A DNA stretch of 64,000 nt from Macrostomum lignano. Lineage: Eukaryota. Within the stretch, counting starts at the first letter, position 1, and each line of letters begins with the position of its first letter. The stretch covers positions 8,016 through 72,015 of the forward strand of contig NIVC01002214.1 in NCBI GenBank assembly GCA_002269645.1, read 5' to 3'. This document shows positions 11,500 to 35,100 of this stretch, piece after piece. A program made the translations under genes and the position numbers. The notes beneath the pieces were generated by a model. It saw only the letters and a list, made by a program, of their open reading frames with translations. It had not been told where the DNA came from and did not search any database.

Positions 11500-13700
11500 G
11501 AGCCAAGCGACACACCCAACTACAATAACTTGGCGGAGAAAGCTATGGTGCTCTCCAGGTGCACTACCAGGAAGCATGGCGAGTCGTTACACGACAGAAC
11601 TTGATTGTTGATGTTGATGCGTGATTGGAACCAGGCCTCGGCAGTAGCAGTGGAGAAGGCGTCAGTCTCAAGACACACACAAGTTTCACCGAAGGCTCAT
11701 TCGACTGAGGACCCTCTTGTTGGCATTGCTCCAGGTAGCAACAGTTAAGACGGCACCGCCCCAGGCGCTTACGCACGGCTCTGGGTTGTTCTCATTGGCT
11801 GAGAATTGCGACGTCGTCGGCATACACGTGAGTGCCCGATCCATCAAGATCGACTTGATAATAGTATCAATGAAGAACTGAAACAGCTGGGAGGAGGCAG
11901 CACCGAACCCTGAGGAAGGCCTCAGTTCAGCAGCCTTTAGCTGATGGAGGCGCCTTTAAAGCGGACGCAGGCTTGTCGTCCATTCTGGAGAAAGCTGTAG
12001 CGCCATCGAACCACCTACATGGAAACGTTCTTGGAGATCATAGTACAGAAAAGGCGCTCACGCCAGACCTTGTCGTAGGTCTTAGAGTAGTAGGGATGGC
12101 CATGACCTGATCACTGATCACTGATCACTGATGCCCTGGACGAAAGCGACAATGTGGTCCTCGCAGCACCGGAGCGTACGGAAGCCTGCCTGCTGGAGGG
12201 CGATCCTCCAGGGGACTCGGCGAGGTAGCTGAAGCGGGCCACCAGAATCCGTTCCAAGAGCTAAGCCATGCATGAGGTTAAACTACCGGGTGATAGGAGT
12301 TTTTAACAGGTTTTCCGCGTTTGAGCAGGGAAAGGATGACGGTGCGGCGCCAGGTTTGCAGACACCAACGTTACCGCTGTGGAAAGACAGATTGAAAATT
12401 AAGAGCAGCTCCGAGAGTACCAGGAGATCTTTCAGAAAGCGAAGCGAACAATCACCCAGACCTTCGGCCCCATTGGCTTGCTAGAGCGCGTCAAAGGAGA
12501 TCGGAGAGCAACTCTCATCATCGACACTGGGGGAGCGAAGCAGCTTTTTGGTTTTCTGACGTCGGTTCTCACCGCCTTGTCGTAGGAATGACGGCCGTGC
12601 ATTCCTTGATGAAGGCCTCCGAATTGAACTTACGCCCGTATTGTCGGAGAGAGTCCGGCCGGTGATGAATCAAAGCTTCGTTGGTGGACTGGCTGTCAAG
12701 GGAGCAGCTGAGGGAACGTATGAGTCGTCACGCTTTAGAGGGTCCTAACAGAGGTCCGCGTTCGTCAGAAACTCATTCCAAAGTTGATTCTTGTCTCCCT
12801 GGCAACAAAGCAGCTTGTAGCGCTTGACAGCCGCTCTAGCGTTGTGAATGAGCCACGGGCCGGTCGGACATTTAGCGGAGATTTTTCCACGTGAGTGTTT
12901 GCGGGGCCGGCTGGTGGATTTTTCGAGCAGGACAGGAGATTTGGATGATAATCTAGTAGTGGTCGAATCCGAAGTCATCTGAGGTCAACAATTCACATTT
13001 CTCATGCCAGGCGCTGCATGTCAGTCCGAAGACGCAGCGGGGATGCGATCGCCGCCCATTCCGCTGATGCACCAGCTAACCTCTGGAGATCTGAGACTGC
13101 CTGTCTTGCGGTTAACTCAGGTGGAAGAGCTGTTGGTTAGTAGGACCTGATCGCAGCTGACCCGCTAGTCCAGCAGGGCCTCACCGCGAGGATCCGGAGC
13201 CTGCAATGGGTCCCAGAGCGAAGCGTGCGCATTAAATTCGCCCAGCCCAAAATCAGCGTTGCCAAGGAGCGAACTCCAGTCTTGGGGTACGGTAGTGCCA
13301 GCGCCGTGAGCCAAAGAGGGGGGCGGGAAAATTTTGTCAACGGTGACAGATTTTTGGGGCCGATGAAGATTTGGACGCAAATAATTTTACAGCTGACAGC
13401 CGCGGTCCTCGGCCGGAGTTCAACGTGCCGGAAGGCCAGGAAGCAGAAAGGTGTTCGTGTGCCAGGGTGGCGAGCGCGCAGCAACCGACCTGAGATGGGC
13501 GATCAAGGCGGACTACAGAGTAGCCAGGGATGTGAGGGGTGGCGTTGTTCTCTTTGAGTTTGCTCTCTTAGATGTTCATAATAGAGATAACTGCGAAAAT
13601 GCAATGAAGTTGAGCAGTTCGGTAAGTCTAGACGACAACTCATCAGCAGCAGTGAAGAGACGGGTGAGCGGGCGTGGAAGGCCACGTGGATGATCAGTCG
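11500..13700 (-). mobile_element. Decayed I/Jockey-type LINE (APE endonuclease + reverse transcriptase), 3' truncated
   Basis: Endonuclease motifs ESKL...PHIPGYSVVRLDR and GEFNAHASLWD. RT motifs SYHPV/LTSCMA*LLERIL, QQAGFR, SKTYDKVWR, GLPQGSVL and thumb-like NDSPCFLVVHLE. Many stops and frameshifts. Confidence 0.85.
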
Positions 13701-13768
13701 GCTTGTTGGTTGAGTTACGAGTGGTGTCGAGCAGCACTTCTGGATCTGGCGCATTCCAGATCTGACCC

Positions 13769-14921
13769 ATGGCGCATTTCGTCCTGCGAGAGAGTTTTTC
13801 TAAACGCGACAATCGAGCGATCATCGAGTTTCATGTCCTTACGGGGGGGGGGGTTCAGCAACCGAGATTTTTGAAGAAATGCGGCAGACCATAGGAGACT
13901 TTTGCCCATCTTATGAGACGATTCGCCGCTGGGCTATTGCCATTCGCAACGGCAAAGAAGACAGTTGACGACCAACGAGTGCTCGGACTGAAAGCCTAGT
14001 GAGTCAGGTGGAGGCAGCCGTGCTGCAGGACCGGAGACTGACAACCAAGCAGCTGGCTGATGCCATAGGGGTGTCCCACGACTCAGTCCACAAGATCCTG
14101 ACCGAGGACCTTGGGATGCGCAAGGTCTGTGCCAAGTGGGTGCCGCATCTGCTCACTGACGATCAGCGGGCTCGGCGGGTCGCCATGTGCGCATCCAACC
14201 TGCAGCGGTGTCGGCGGGAGGGCATGGCGTTCCTGCAAAGGATCGTTGCCTGCGACGAAACCTGGGCGCATTCTTGGGAGGCGGAGTTGAAGCGGCAGAG
14301 TTCCACATGATGCAGGCCAGGTTCTCCGCGACATCAAAAGGCCATCCGGAGCATCGGCCAGCTGAAGGTCATGCACGTGACTTTCTTCGATCGGGAGGGT
14401 CTGTTGTTCGATCAGCCTGTGCCAGTGGGGCAGACGGTCAATGGTGATTTCTACCTGTCGATTCTGGTGAAAGTTCGGCGTGCCATTCGGGACAAAAGGC
14501 CTGCACTTCACGCGGCTGGCCAGACTCTGCTTCACGACAACGCAGCCCCACACCGAAAAAGCGTGCTGGCTACGATCGAGTCGTGGGGGTGGGAAATTCT
14601 TACGCATCCGCCTTATTCCCCGGACTTAAGTCCATGCGACTTTTTCCTCTTCCCTCGCATCAAGGAGTCGATGCGGGGCCAGCGTTTCAGCGCAGAGGAA
14701 GACGTGAATCGGGCCTACAAGGCTGGCATTGCCGCCGTGACGAACAATGGCATGACTGCAGGCATTGACGGGCTGGTGCGGCGTTGGGAGAAATGCATTG
14801 AAGCTGAGGGCTCATACTTTGAGTGAATAGATGTTAAGGAAGACATTTGTAACTTTTCATGTTTCTACTGTTTATCGTTCTCAAGTTATTACAATATACA
14901 CAGAACTTTTCTGACAACCCT
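13769..14921 (+). mobile_element. mariner (DD34D) transposon pseudogene; 3' TIR present, 5' TIR not found
   Basis: Motifs WVPHLL, CDETW, LLHDNAAPH and YSPDLSPCDFFLFP. In-frame TGA at 14308-14310 and disrupted N-terminus. TIR-like CAGAACTTTTCTGACAACCCT at 14901-14921. Confidence 0.92.
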
Positions 14922-15482
14922 GAGCGAACAAAGGACCACTAGCATCAGATGGACGCATAAAGACCACTATTTTTGCGACATGAAACCCATTGCAAGAAGA
15001 TCCGCCAATTAACGCGCAAAATCGGGAAGAAATCCAAATATTTTCCTGTTTTGAACTGATGGTTTCAATGTGGCATACAGCATAATCACATATTAATAGG
15101 GTTAAGAAACTGTTACTCCCCTGCTGCTACTGGCGTGGACTCTACAGTGTCGACAGTAACCCAGCAGTCCGTGACTTTTGAAAGCTTTTCCACCATTGCA
15201 GTCAGCTTGCGCTACGCGGGCCAAAGTCCCAGCACCGCTCCGATCGCTTCGCCCACGCTGCCACGCTTCCAACGCCTGCCAGCATGAGCGCCTAGCTGCA
15301 TTTGTCCGCAGAGTCACGTTCTCTGCGCTTTGCCTCGACTCCACATACGTCAAGGGGCTCTGCAACGGACAGCTGAAGCGATAAGCAGACCAGAGCTGGT
15401 AGCACATGCTGAACTCCCATCCGATCTTCTATATATTCGGCCCAAAAATGGAAGCCATTCATTGAAACCACACGTTTAGACC

Positions 15483-16261
15483 ATGCTGAAGCTGATCATT
15501 GTCGCCTGCGCCCTCGGCGTGGCCTCGGCTTTGCCCGACCCGTACGTCCTGTACGGCCAGACCGCCGAACAGGGCCAGTTCCCGTTCGCCGGCTGGCTCG
15601 GCTTCTGCTCCGCCTCCATCCTGGACCGCCGCACCGTCCTCACCGCCGGCCACTGCGTGTGCCGCACTCGCCCGACTTCTGTTCTGTTCGGCGCCGTGCA
15701 GGGCAACCGGCCCGAGTCCGGCTCCAAGAGGTACAGCCTGGACACCAGCCGCCAGGTCATCAACCCGAAGTACACGCAGTGCAACACGGTTGGCAAGTGA
15801 GTACAGTTTAGATTCTAGCTTCCAAGAGAGTACCAATTATTGCACTAAATGCCACAAAAATAATCCCAAAACTAATCAGGGACGACATCGCCATTGTGAA
15901 GACCACCGTTGATATCGAGTTCACCGACTTGATCAAGCCGATCGTTCTGTACGAAGCCGCCACCTCTGTCGGCCAGAGCGTCACCATTGCTGGCTACGGC
16001 CAGGACGAGAACAGGCGGTCCGGCGTGCTGAAGTACGCGACCAGCACCGTGGAGAGCTGCAGGCGCTTCATCGGCGCCGTCTGCCAGTCGATGAGCCCGA
16101 ACAGCCCGTACTACGGTGACAGCGGTGGCCCGCTGTTCATCACCGTGAGCGGCCAGCCCCGCCAGGTCGGTGTCGTGTCCGGCGGTGACTTCAGCAACAA
16201 CCAGGCCATCTACGGCAACGTGTACGACAATCTGAGCTTCCTGAAGGCCAACTTCGAGTAA
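15483..16261 (+). CDS. Secreted chymotrypsin-family (S1) serine protease, copy 2 (231 aa)
   Basis: Exons 15483-15796 and 15880-16261; same intron position as copy 1; intact H/D/S triad; TATA-like element at ~15428; AATAAA at 16301. Confidence 0.93.
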
Positions 16262-16446
16262 CTCACTCGAACCTGGTGTACATGTACACCGTACGAGTGC
16301 AATAAAAGAGTGCCAATTATCCGGGCCGCTTGTGCTTGCATGGTTGAGCTGGCTTCTCTGAAGCAAAACTTTGCTTAAATCGCTTTACTTTTATTTTTTA
16401 TGCTTCCGGCTCTAAGAGCAGCTCAGTCATGATAAATATGAGCACT

Positions 16447-17025
16447 GAGCAACATAGAATAGCTGGTACTGATGATACTGGTGATACTGATGATACTGAT
16501 GGACTGATGATACTGATGATACTGATGATACTGATGATACTGATGATACTGATGATACTGGTGATACTGATGATACTGATGATACTGATGATACTGATGG
16601 ACTGATGATACTGATGATACTGATGATACTGATGATACTGATGATACTGATGATACTGATGATACTGATGATACTGATGGTACTGATGATACTGATGATA
16701 CTGATGATACTGATGATACTGATGATACTGATGGTACTGATGATACTGATGATACTGATGATACTGATGATACTGATGGTACTGATGATACTGATGATAC
16801 TGATGATACTGATGATACTGATGATACTGATGGTACTGATGATACTGATGATACTGATGATACTGATGGACTGATGATACTGATGATACTGATGGTACTG
16901 ATGATACTGATGATACTGATGATACTGATGATACTGATGATACTGATGATACTGATGATACTGATGATACTGATGATACTGATGATACTGATGATACTGA
17001 TGATACTGATGGACTGATGATACTG
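16447..17025. repeat. 9-bp (GATACTGAT)n minisatellite
   Basis: Directly visible, with occasional GGT and 1-nt deletion variants. Confidence 0.97.
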
Positions 17026-19218
17026 AGATTCATTTTTTAGCGTCAAAGTTCCAATATCTTGACTTCTAAATACCAAAAGAAGCAAACAGGTGCTTGTCTA
17101 CAGTGCAAGCAAAAGTTTATGAAGCAATTTTTCATGAAATGCTACCAGAGACCGGCGAGCAAGCAAAGTTTAAGCAAAGAATTTTGGCAACATGTTCATC
17201 TGAACGGCAAGCTGTGACAAAAATCTGAAAGTGATTATGCACTCGCCGAACGTCCTTTAGCGTGATGTACAGTGTGCAGTCCAGGCGACGACAGATTGCC
17301 TGCAACGACACGCCAGGTGCGCAAAGAAGTTCGGCTTCGAGCTTCTCCTTCATCCCAATCAGTGTTCTTTTAAAAAAATCGAGTGACAGCATCCAACATT
17401 GGTGGTGTAAATTTTGTCCTGAAGGCTCCTCCTTGTTGCCTCAAAGCTCTTCATTGGCAAACCTGTGGATGCTTTTGCAGCCGTTCTCGATACTGCAGCA
17501 ACGTGCGCTCGTATGCTAAAATGGAAGTCACTTTTGCCAAAGTTGAGCTTGAAATGGTAAAATACGTTTTCAAACTTTTTGAACCCGTGCGATACTGCCG
17601 CCAGGACCGACTTCTTCAGATTCTTCTGCCAAAGGCTGGAGTCAAAGCACAGCTATTGTAGGCTGAAAAGAACTTCAACTTGGCGCTCTCGCATAGAGAA
17701 TTTGGCTTTTCCGCCATGCAAGCTCTTCGCGCCACACTCTATACTTCTTACTTATTAGTAGACGAACACCAACATGTGAATTGACAAACCTGCATTTTTT
17801 ATTAGAGGTTGTTCTGTATTATGCGAAATTCGGGCTTGTTTAAAATTGTATCTTCTTGCACAGACTTTCAAGTTTGTAGTCCCGACTCCACAACAGGCCT
17901 CCGCGCCGTCTGAAGGACCTGATCGGGACCTTCGAAACGACGAATCAGTCTCTGGACCCATTCATATTGCGAATACCTGCCGCTGGCGCTGCAGCCTTCC
18001 GAATATTCTATGACCCAACCATTTTATGAAGCAATAATTTAATGACCCAGTAGTTCAATGACAACAATTTTTATAGTGACCCATTAATCATCCATCACCC
18101 ATTACTCCATTAATCACAACCTAACCATAAGCCAACCATTCTATGACGCAATCTTTCTGTCCCAGTAATTGCTGACCCAGCCATAGTGACGCAAAGCCGC
18201 CAGCCTGAACTCCAGCTCAACAAGACGGGAAGCCAGCGAGTTGATTAGCAAAGCTCGGCTGTTCGCGTGTATTTCAAATCCGCGAGCCGGCGGCCCGGGA
18301 CCGAGCAGAAATCTTCAAAGATCAGAAAATCTCGCTAGCAGAGCGCTTCTTCTGTAGTTCAACTTTTGCTTGCCGTAGAAAAAAAAGCCTCGAAACGAGC
18401 CGGGCACGCCACTATAAAAATGAACTGCGCTGAGAACAAAGAAAGAAAGAAGAAAACAGCTACGATTTAGTAATATTAGAACGCGTATGAAAAAAGTTAA
18501 AGCAATAAATCAGAGATTGACAGTCTTGAGAAGGACTCGCCGAGGTTAAAATATCAAGCCAAAAATGGGAGTTGGGAGAAAATATCCGGCAAACTCTTTG
18601 CAGATAAGCGGCGGCAGACAAAAAATGTGCTTAGCATTTGGGAAGTTAAAGCGAGTTGGACAGTGTGCGATGCATAAGAGCTGGGGCCGCCGCTGTGCGC
18701 AACTGGTCCGGCCGCTTCTGGCGGACTTGTCAATCAATCAGTGTTATAAAAATGAAGAAGCGCGGGGATCGGGGGGCCGGAGGGACGGGCCGGCGGGGCG
18801 CTGAGACGCTAAAACTGAGCGGATGAGGCGATGAGTACAGCGGCGGCTACGAGTATCGGGGATTAAAAACTGCGCGATGAAGCAATGACGTGATACCGTG
18901 AGTCGAGAGAAAAAGCGGAGGCTGGGGGCGGGGGCGGGGCAGCATCAGCGGCGGGCGTCAGAAGCCGGGGCTGGGCGATTATTTACAGAGCAGGAGCCGG
19001 CCAAGGGGACGCGCGAGCGACGGCGGAGCTCTTCTGTCGGTGGGATCTGCAATGCGGAGGCGAAGGCTGCGCTACTGCCGCAGGCTGACAAACGGGTAGG
19101 GGGGGGGGGGGCATTCCGGGGATCGAGTCTCATGCAGGTCGGGAAAGCAGAGTCAGAGCGGCCAGGCAATTTGAGTAGCGAGTTAGCGCGGCTCCCCGAC
19201 CCCAGCCCACCCGGACAA

Positions 19219-29127
<9,909 letters not shown>

Positions 29128-29221
29128 CTGTGGGTTGCGCCGCACAACGGGTGCAGGGAATCGAATACAGCCTTCTTTAAACCAAAACTAGACCAAACCA
29201 ATGTGCTCAAAACACCCTAAA

Positions 29222-29390
29222 GCAATGCCCATAGACTATAAACCAATGCCCATAGACTATAAACCAATGCCCATAGACTATAAACCAATGCCCATCGACT
29301 ATAAACCAATGCACATAGACTATTAACTAATGCACATAGACTATAAACCAATGCGCATAAACTATAAACCACATGCCCATAGGCTATAGC
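29222..29390. repeat. 21-bp minisatellite (AACCAATGCCCATAGACTATA), ~8 copies
   Basis: Directly visible. Confidence 0.9.
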
Positions 29391-29981
29391 CAGTGTTTAT
29401 CGTCAATAAACCAAATGCACCCATCGCATACTCATCGCATTCAATCATGAAATTTTCGCCTCTGAAGCTAGAGAAAAGTTTCCCAGCGATCCGCGCCAAC
29501 TCGAAACATTAGTAAAATATTGAGTTATATAGATTTTTACGCTTGCGTACGCGCGCTTTGGTCAAAAGCCTCTTTATTTCCGATTGCTCCGAGAACTGCG
29601 ACCAGCGCTACGCCATCGCGCTTTCCCCTTTCAATTTTCTTCCCCATTGCAGCTGCTCGCCATCCCGGGATTTAGAGATTTCCGCGTGGGCCGGTTGAGC
29701 AGAGAAAGACGAAATAAAATTTCTAGAAGTGACTCAGTTCGAGTTCGAAAAGCTTTGGGCAAAAATGCAGCGGGAAAATGTCATAGCCTTCTCCCCAGTG
29801 TGCAGGAATCCAACTCACTTTGCTGCTTGGCGACGGGATCTTTTTCCCTGCAGTTGCTTTGCGTGTCACTTTGCATTTGCTTCATCCTAATTTGGCTGCA
29901 TCACCCAGTTTCCGTTGTTTGAATTGGATTTTTGCCGCTACGACGTACATCCAACTAAGAGACATAAGCGCCATTAGGGAG

Positions 29982-30497
29982 TACCTGACTCGAAAAGGAG
30001 TACCTGATTTTGGAAGGGAGCACCTGACTCTGGAAGGGCGTACCTGACTCTGGAAGGGAACACCTGGCTCTGGAAGGGAGCACCTGTCTCTGGAAGGGAG
30101 CAACTGACTCTGGAAGGGAGCAACTGACTCTGGAAGGGAGCAACTGACTCTGGAAGGGAGCAATTGGCTCTGGAAGGGAGCACCTGGCTCTGGAAGGGAA
30201 CACCTGGCTCTGGAAGGGAGCAACTGACTCTGGAAGGGAGCAACTGACTCTGGAAGGGAGCAACTGACTCTGGAAGGGAGCACCTGGCTCTGGAAGGGAA
30301 CACCTGGCTCTGGAAGGGAGCACCTGGCTCTGGATGGGAGCACCTGGCTCTGGAAGGGAGCACCTGGCTTTGGAAGGGAACACCTGGCTTTGGAAGGGAA
30401 CACCTGTCTCTGTAAGGGAACACCTGTCTCTGGAAGGGAACACCTGGCTCTGGAAGGGAACACCTGGCTCTGGAAGGGAGCACCTGGCTCTGGAAGC
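29982..30497. repeat. 20-bp minisatellite (CACCTGGCTCTGGAAGGGAG), ~25 copies
   Basis: Period 20, directly visible. Confidence 0.95.
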
Positions 30498-31967
30498 ATG
30501 AGGTTATATTGCGTGTCCGAGAGTGTCGGACAACCCTGCCGAAAAATCCCGAGCGAGTAAGCAATGCCTGCTTATATTAAAATAAACAAATTAGAGATAG
30601 GAAATTTCCACCCTGTGATGATGGGCTGGGTTGCCAAGCACCTGTGTGCGCGTGAGAGAGATCGCGGCACACGGGGAGGCAGATGGCCGCTCATAACCAC
30701 ACTTGCGAGTTGCGCACTCTAATGAACAAATGCGAGGAGTGAAGAAGTTTGAAGTTCAGACTCTCAGCTGCATCAATCAGCAGCAGCGGCGGGAGTCCCG
30801 CAATGTGGCACGCAGCGGCCAGACAATCCCGCAGCTGGCGATGAAGCTCGGGGAAGGGGTGGTCGATTTTGGCAGCCACGGCTGGCGGGTCATGCGCCGA
30901 TGGCGGCTTCAATGCGAGGCCAGCCCACCATTCATCACGTAGCGACGCAGTCCCCCTCCACCGCTGTCACCCCTCCCGGATCCTTGGGGTATTTGGTCTC
31001 TCAGTTCCTGCCCGGAAGAATTATTTTATCCCCAGAAGAATGCCAGCAGCATGAAGGCTCCGCATGCGGCATTTCAGCGCCAGAATTCAGGCCGCACGAT
31101 TCCCATAAAGCCCGGCTGCAATATCGGACTTTCCGCCGCCACCCGCTTGGGCTGGGTGGGGGGAGGGGGCGGCCCGTCTGGCGGACTTCGGCCTGGCAGG
31201 GCTGATTCAACAATGCCCGCGCAGGAGTGATGGCGCCGAGCAGCTGAGGCTGTCTGAGGGGGCGGGGATCAGAGAACGGATACATGAGAGGCAGAGCAAA
31301 CAGAGCGGACGGCGAGGGCGGAGAGCAGAGCGAGTGAGAGGGATGACCGGTGGAGCAGCTTCGAACTTCAATCTGCACAGGACATTCCGGAAACCCATTT
31401 TAAGGGGGGTCTAAGGAAGGAACTCCCACCGAGGGGCGAATTATTGATCCTCGGAGTTTCGGCCCACCCACTGGGAGCGGAGCGGCCAAGGGGTCGCCGC
31501 CGCAGCTCGGGTGTGGGAATTCGCGCAGGGCCCCGGAGCGCTCGCGGAAGCGTGACACAATCGCGCTGGGAATCGGAGCGAAGAGGAGCGGGGAAGGCCG
31601 CGGGGCCGGGAGGCTGAAGGGATCAATTTTTTAGAGATCCCACTTGACCGTAAAATTTCCGGTTGCCCGTGGGGGCCAGCAAACAGGCCGGGTGGGGACG
31701 GACGGGGCAACAAGACTTTTGAGTTCGCCAAAAATTCATTTCCGCCCCAAGACGTGACTCAAGGCTGGCGGCGCACGAAAATTGCATCTTTTGAAACTGT
31801 GGATCCCCTGTGCGTCTCGCCTGAACCGGTCTGCTGGGGACAGTTCTCTCGCTGGAACTGGTAATCTACGAGGAGCTACCTGGGGATGCGGTGTGGCCTC
31901 CAGATCCTCAGTTGCGTGAGTGAGCATGGGAGGATATGAGCTGCTGCATGTCCGCCAGTCTGTGTCC

Positions 31968-32181
31968 GCCTGTCAGTGTCTGTCAGTATCTGTCAGTGTC
32001 TGTCAGTGTCTGTCAGTGTCTGTCAGTGTCTGTCAGTGTCTGTCAGTGTCTGACAGTGTCTGTCAGTATCTGTCAGTGTCTGTCAGTGTCTGACAGTGTC
32101 TGTCAGTGTCTGACAGTGTCTGTCAGTGTCTGACAGTGTCTGTCAGTGTCTGTCAGTATCTGTCAGTGCCTGTCAGTGTCT
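31968..32181. repeat. 10-bp (TGTCAGTGTC)n repeat
   Basis: Directly visible. Confidence 0.95.
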
Positions 32182-35100
32182 ATGGATAAGTCGGAACATG
32201 ACTTTACCCGCTTTGGTTACTTTTACTATTTTACCAGCGTATAAAACCATTGTGATCGAGAGTGCTATGCCATGCCCTGCTAGCCTGCCTGTCAGCCCAG
32301 TGCCTGTCTGTCAATGTCCATCTGTCCTTGCAGTCCGACAGAAGCAGCACCGAGCGCCCAAGTCTCTTGTTTACATGCACGCACCGCTAGAATTGCATCT
32401 CCTGCCGCTTCGAAGCCTGGGGCAGCCGCTTCCAGGGAATCCTGGAAATGACGTGCGGGCTGATACGGGGAAGCAAGGGGTAGCGTGTCATCGGGCATCC
32501 CTGTCCTGGGACCCACGTGTTTATACAACCGGAGAGCTCCTCACTCCCCTGGAGGTCGACGGTGGGTCATTTTTTCGCCTTTCTGAAGCGCTCAATTCCG
32601 GTTGTACTGCAATGCTTTTATTGCCTGCTGGGGGACTCACTTGTCAATGATGCACTGAGAGAGCCTGCTGTCGGCTCAGGGAACTGCGCTCCCTGTTGCT
32701 TCTTTTGCCTCGCCTTCGAGTTCTCAACTGGCCTGCGTCTCAGCCAGCTGTCCTTCTGGGAGTTGTCGAATCTCTGCGGCTTCGGTCAAAAAACGATAAA
32801 GTTTTCGCTTCAACCAGATTGGCGGAGAGGCCACTCCTTCAAGAAAGAGTTGAAGGTGCAGCAGCCTTCTGTTCCGGGCTTCCCTTAAAGCTAAATTGCA
32901 TCCACCTATCGCAGGGTGCGCCTGGCAGGCCTGCGCCGCCATGTCGCACTCTGGCGTCCCAGTGGGAGGGCAGGCAGACTGGCCAGCAGGGAGGAAGTGG
33001 CACCAGGCAGGCGGCCAATGGGCGGCTGGGCTCGCCATGGTTTGGGTCAGGACAGGGCCAATCCAGGCCACCGGCACGGCCGATGCGGCAGCCCGGAGAC
33101 CGAGCAGTTCGAAGGCGCTGCAAATGAAAATGTCACAAGCAATTAGATAAGAAGGTGGTGACTCGCAGCGATGGTGATTTCTGGGAATTGAAAAAACGCT
33201 ATGAAGTAGGCCTGTGTCGGCTTACTCAGGGGAGAGAGGGGAGGAAATGAGGCTCTGGCGTGCAGTTCTGGGTCTTATCTTGGCCGGCGCATGCCGCCTG
33301 GCGGTCCGGCTGGGAGGGCTGGCGGAACGGGCGTCCAGCCTCCTGCCAGCTTCATCGATACTGCCGCGGCAGCTCGAGGCGCTAAGCTTGGCACTAAACC
33401 TGCAATTAAGAAATTGTTGGGGCGGCTGCTCTTCCCGGGCTGCAGGGAAATGTTGGAAATGGAATAATGCGATGTTGTCCCCGCGCCGCAACCCGGAAAC
33501 TATTGATTGGACCTTCGGCCCTGGAGAACCGCGGCAGTGTGATCAGGATGGACCGCAGCCACAAATCTATGAAAATGCAAAGTTAATCTGGTAGTGACGT
33601 CGACTACCACGAGTAATATGGCTCAGACGAATTGCTCGAAGGTGGCTTAATTTTTGCAAGCTTCTGTTCGTCTTTGCCCTGGAAAACATGCGTCTGTACC
33701 CTGAAAACATACCCTGAAATCTCCTCTGAAACACCCGAACGCTGCCGTTTGCGCCTTAAAAGAAACTTTTTATCCCGCACTAAATCATGGCACATGGCCC
33801 AACTTCAAGAGAACGCGATCTGGGCGTTGCTATGTGACCTAAAATGCACCCCAGTGCAATGCACAAGACCTCTTTGATGACTATGGGTCAGTGCCATTAA
33901 TTATTTTGGCACTCAGCAATTTGACTACTTTGCTCCATCGCTAGAAGATGCAGCATCTTCAGGCGGCATCGAGGGCCGTTTTTTGCAGCGAACTCGCATT
34001 TTTACAACCGCGCTGCGCATTTGCGGCTTTAAAAAATCTTGTCGCGCGAATTCCGGCCAGCTAAGCAAATGCTTTTGGCTTGGCGATTTCCGCATCCGTG
34101 TTCGCAGCTGAAATCGGATAAATTCAACAATTTGAACGGAATTCCTGGAGAACCAGCCGCGAATTTTTCTGAGGTGCAGATTTATGGATCCGGGGTGGAT
34201 TCTTAAGAGTCCGGCAGCTGCCTGCGCCAGCAGCAGGCGGAATCCGACACTCCAGCGTGCCAAATTCCTGGCTCCGCCCCTGGCGACAGCACGCAGTGAC
34301 CCGCTGGTCAGAGCCCTCCCAGCTGTTCCATGCCGGCACCCCCGGCCGAGCATCTTGCGTCACGGTTTGAACTTGACACGTGACGAACTGCTCTCTCCCT
34401 TGTGGGAGCCGGTGGCAGCGCCGACACTCCAGTCTCTGATCGAGCCGATCCTGATGTTGCTCGCGGAAGGATTGTAGGGTAGAAAGACTTTGGTGGGCGC
34501 ATTCCTCTGCTAATGCGATCGCTTGCTTCTACATGTATTGAATGCGCTTCTGCCCGGCTCGGGACTTGCCAGCGCGTGGCACCGGTGCCCCGGATTTTGC
34601 TGCACTCTCCCCTGTCCAAGGCTGAATGCTGCTGCTGGAAGAGCCGTGACTCGCGGCTGCCAGGCTTGGAATCAGAGAGCGGGGAGGGGTTGGCTCGCTG
34701 GGATCGTTGTCACGATCTTGTCGCTCCCACCCAGCCTTGCCCATTTCGGCACCAGGAGGGTGTATTCTGCATGGGATGCGACGCAGTTGCCTGTTCCCCG
34801 TGCTGCATCACTCAGAGAGGCTCCACTCTCCCGACCCCCGACCCCTCAGCTGATCCTCCTTGTTCTTTTTCCGAGTGGAGCGAGTGCGATTTTATTGCCA
34901 TTGCGGGTTCAGCGGGATCTGCTGGTGCACTGCAGAATGCGGGTAATACTGCTGTGGCTTCTTGTCGTCTCGGATGTAGTCTATTTTCATTATGCGTATG
35001 CGGGGCTCATCGAGAGGCTGGAAAACTGATTACTCACAATTTGCTTTAATTGATCGATGTTATGACGAAGCATGCAGGTTTACAAGCGCCAGTTTTATCT

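Noticed and set aside
14308-14310. In-frame TGA at a conserved Trp in the mariner transposase as recoding or Sec readthrough (a tRNA-Sec is in the window)
   Set aside because: A TGG>TGA transition is the simplest explanation; the N-terminus is also disrupted, one TIR is missing and no SECIS was seen.
17100-17960. Fragmented ORFs after the 9-bp satellite
   Set aside because: No consistent frame or family motif; probably decayed transposon DNA, but unassignable.
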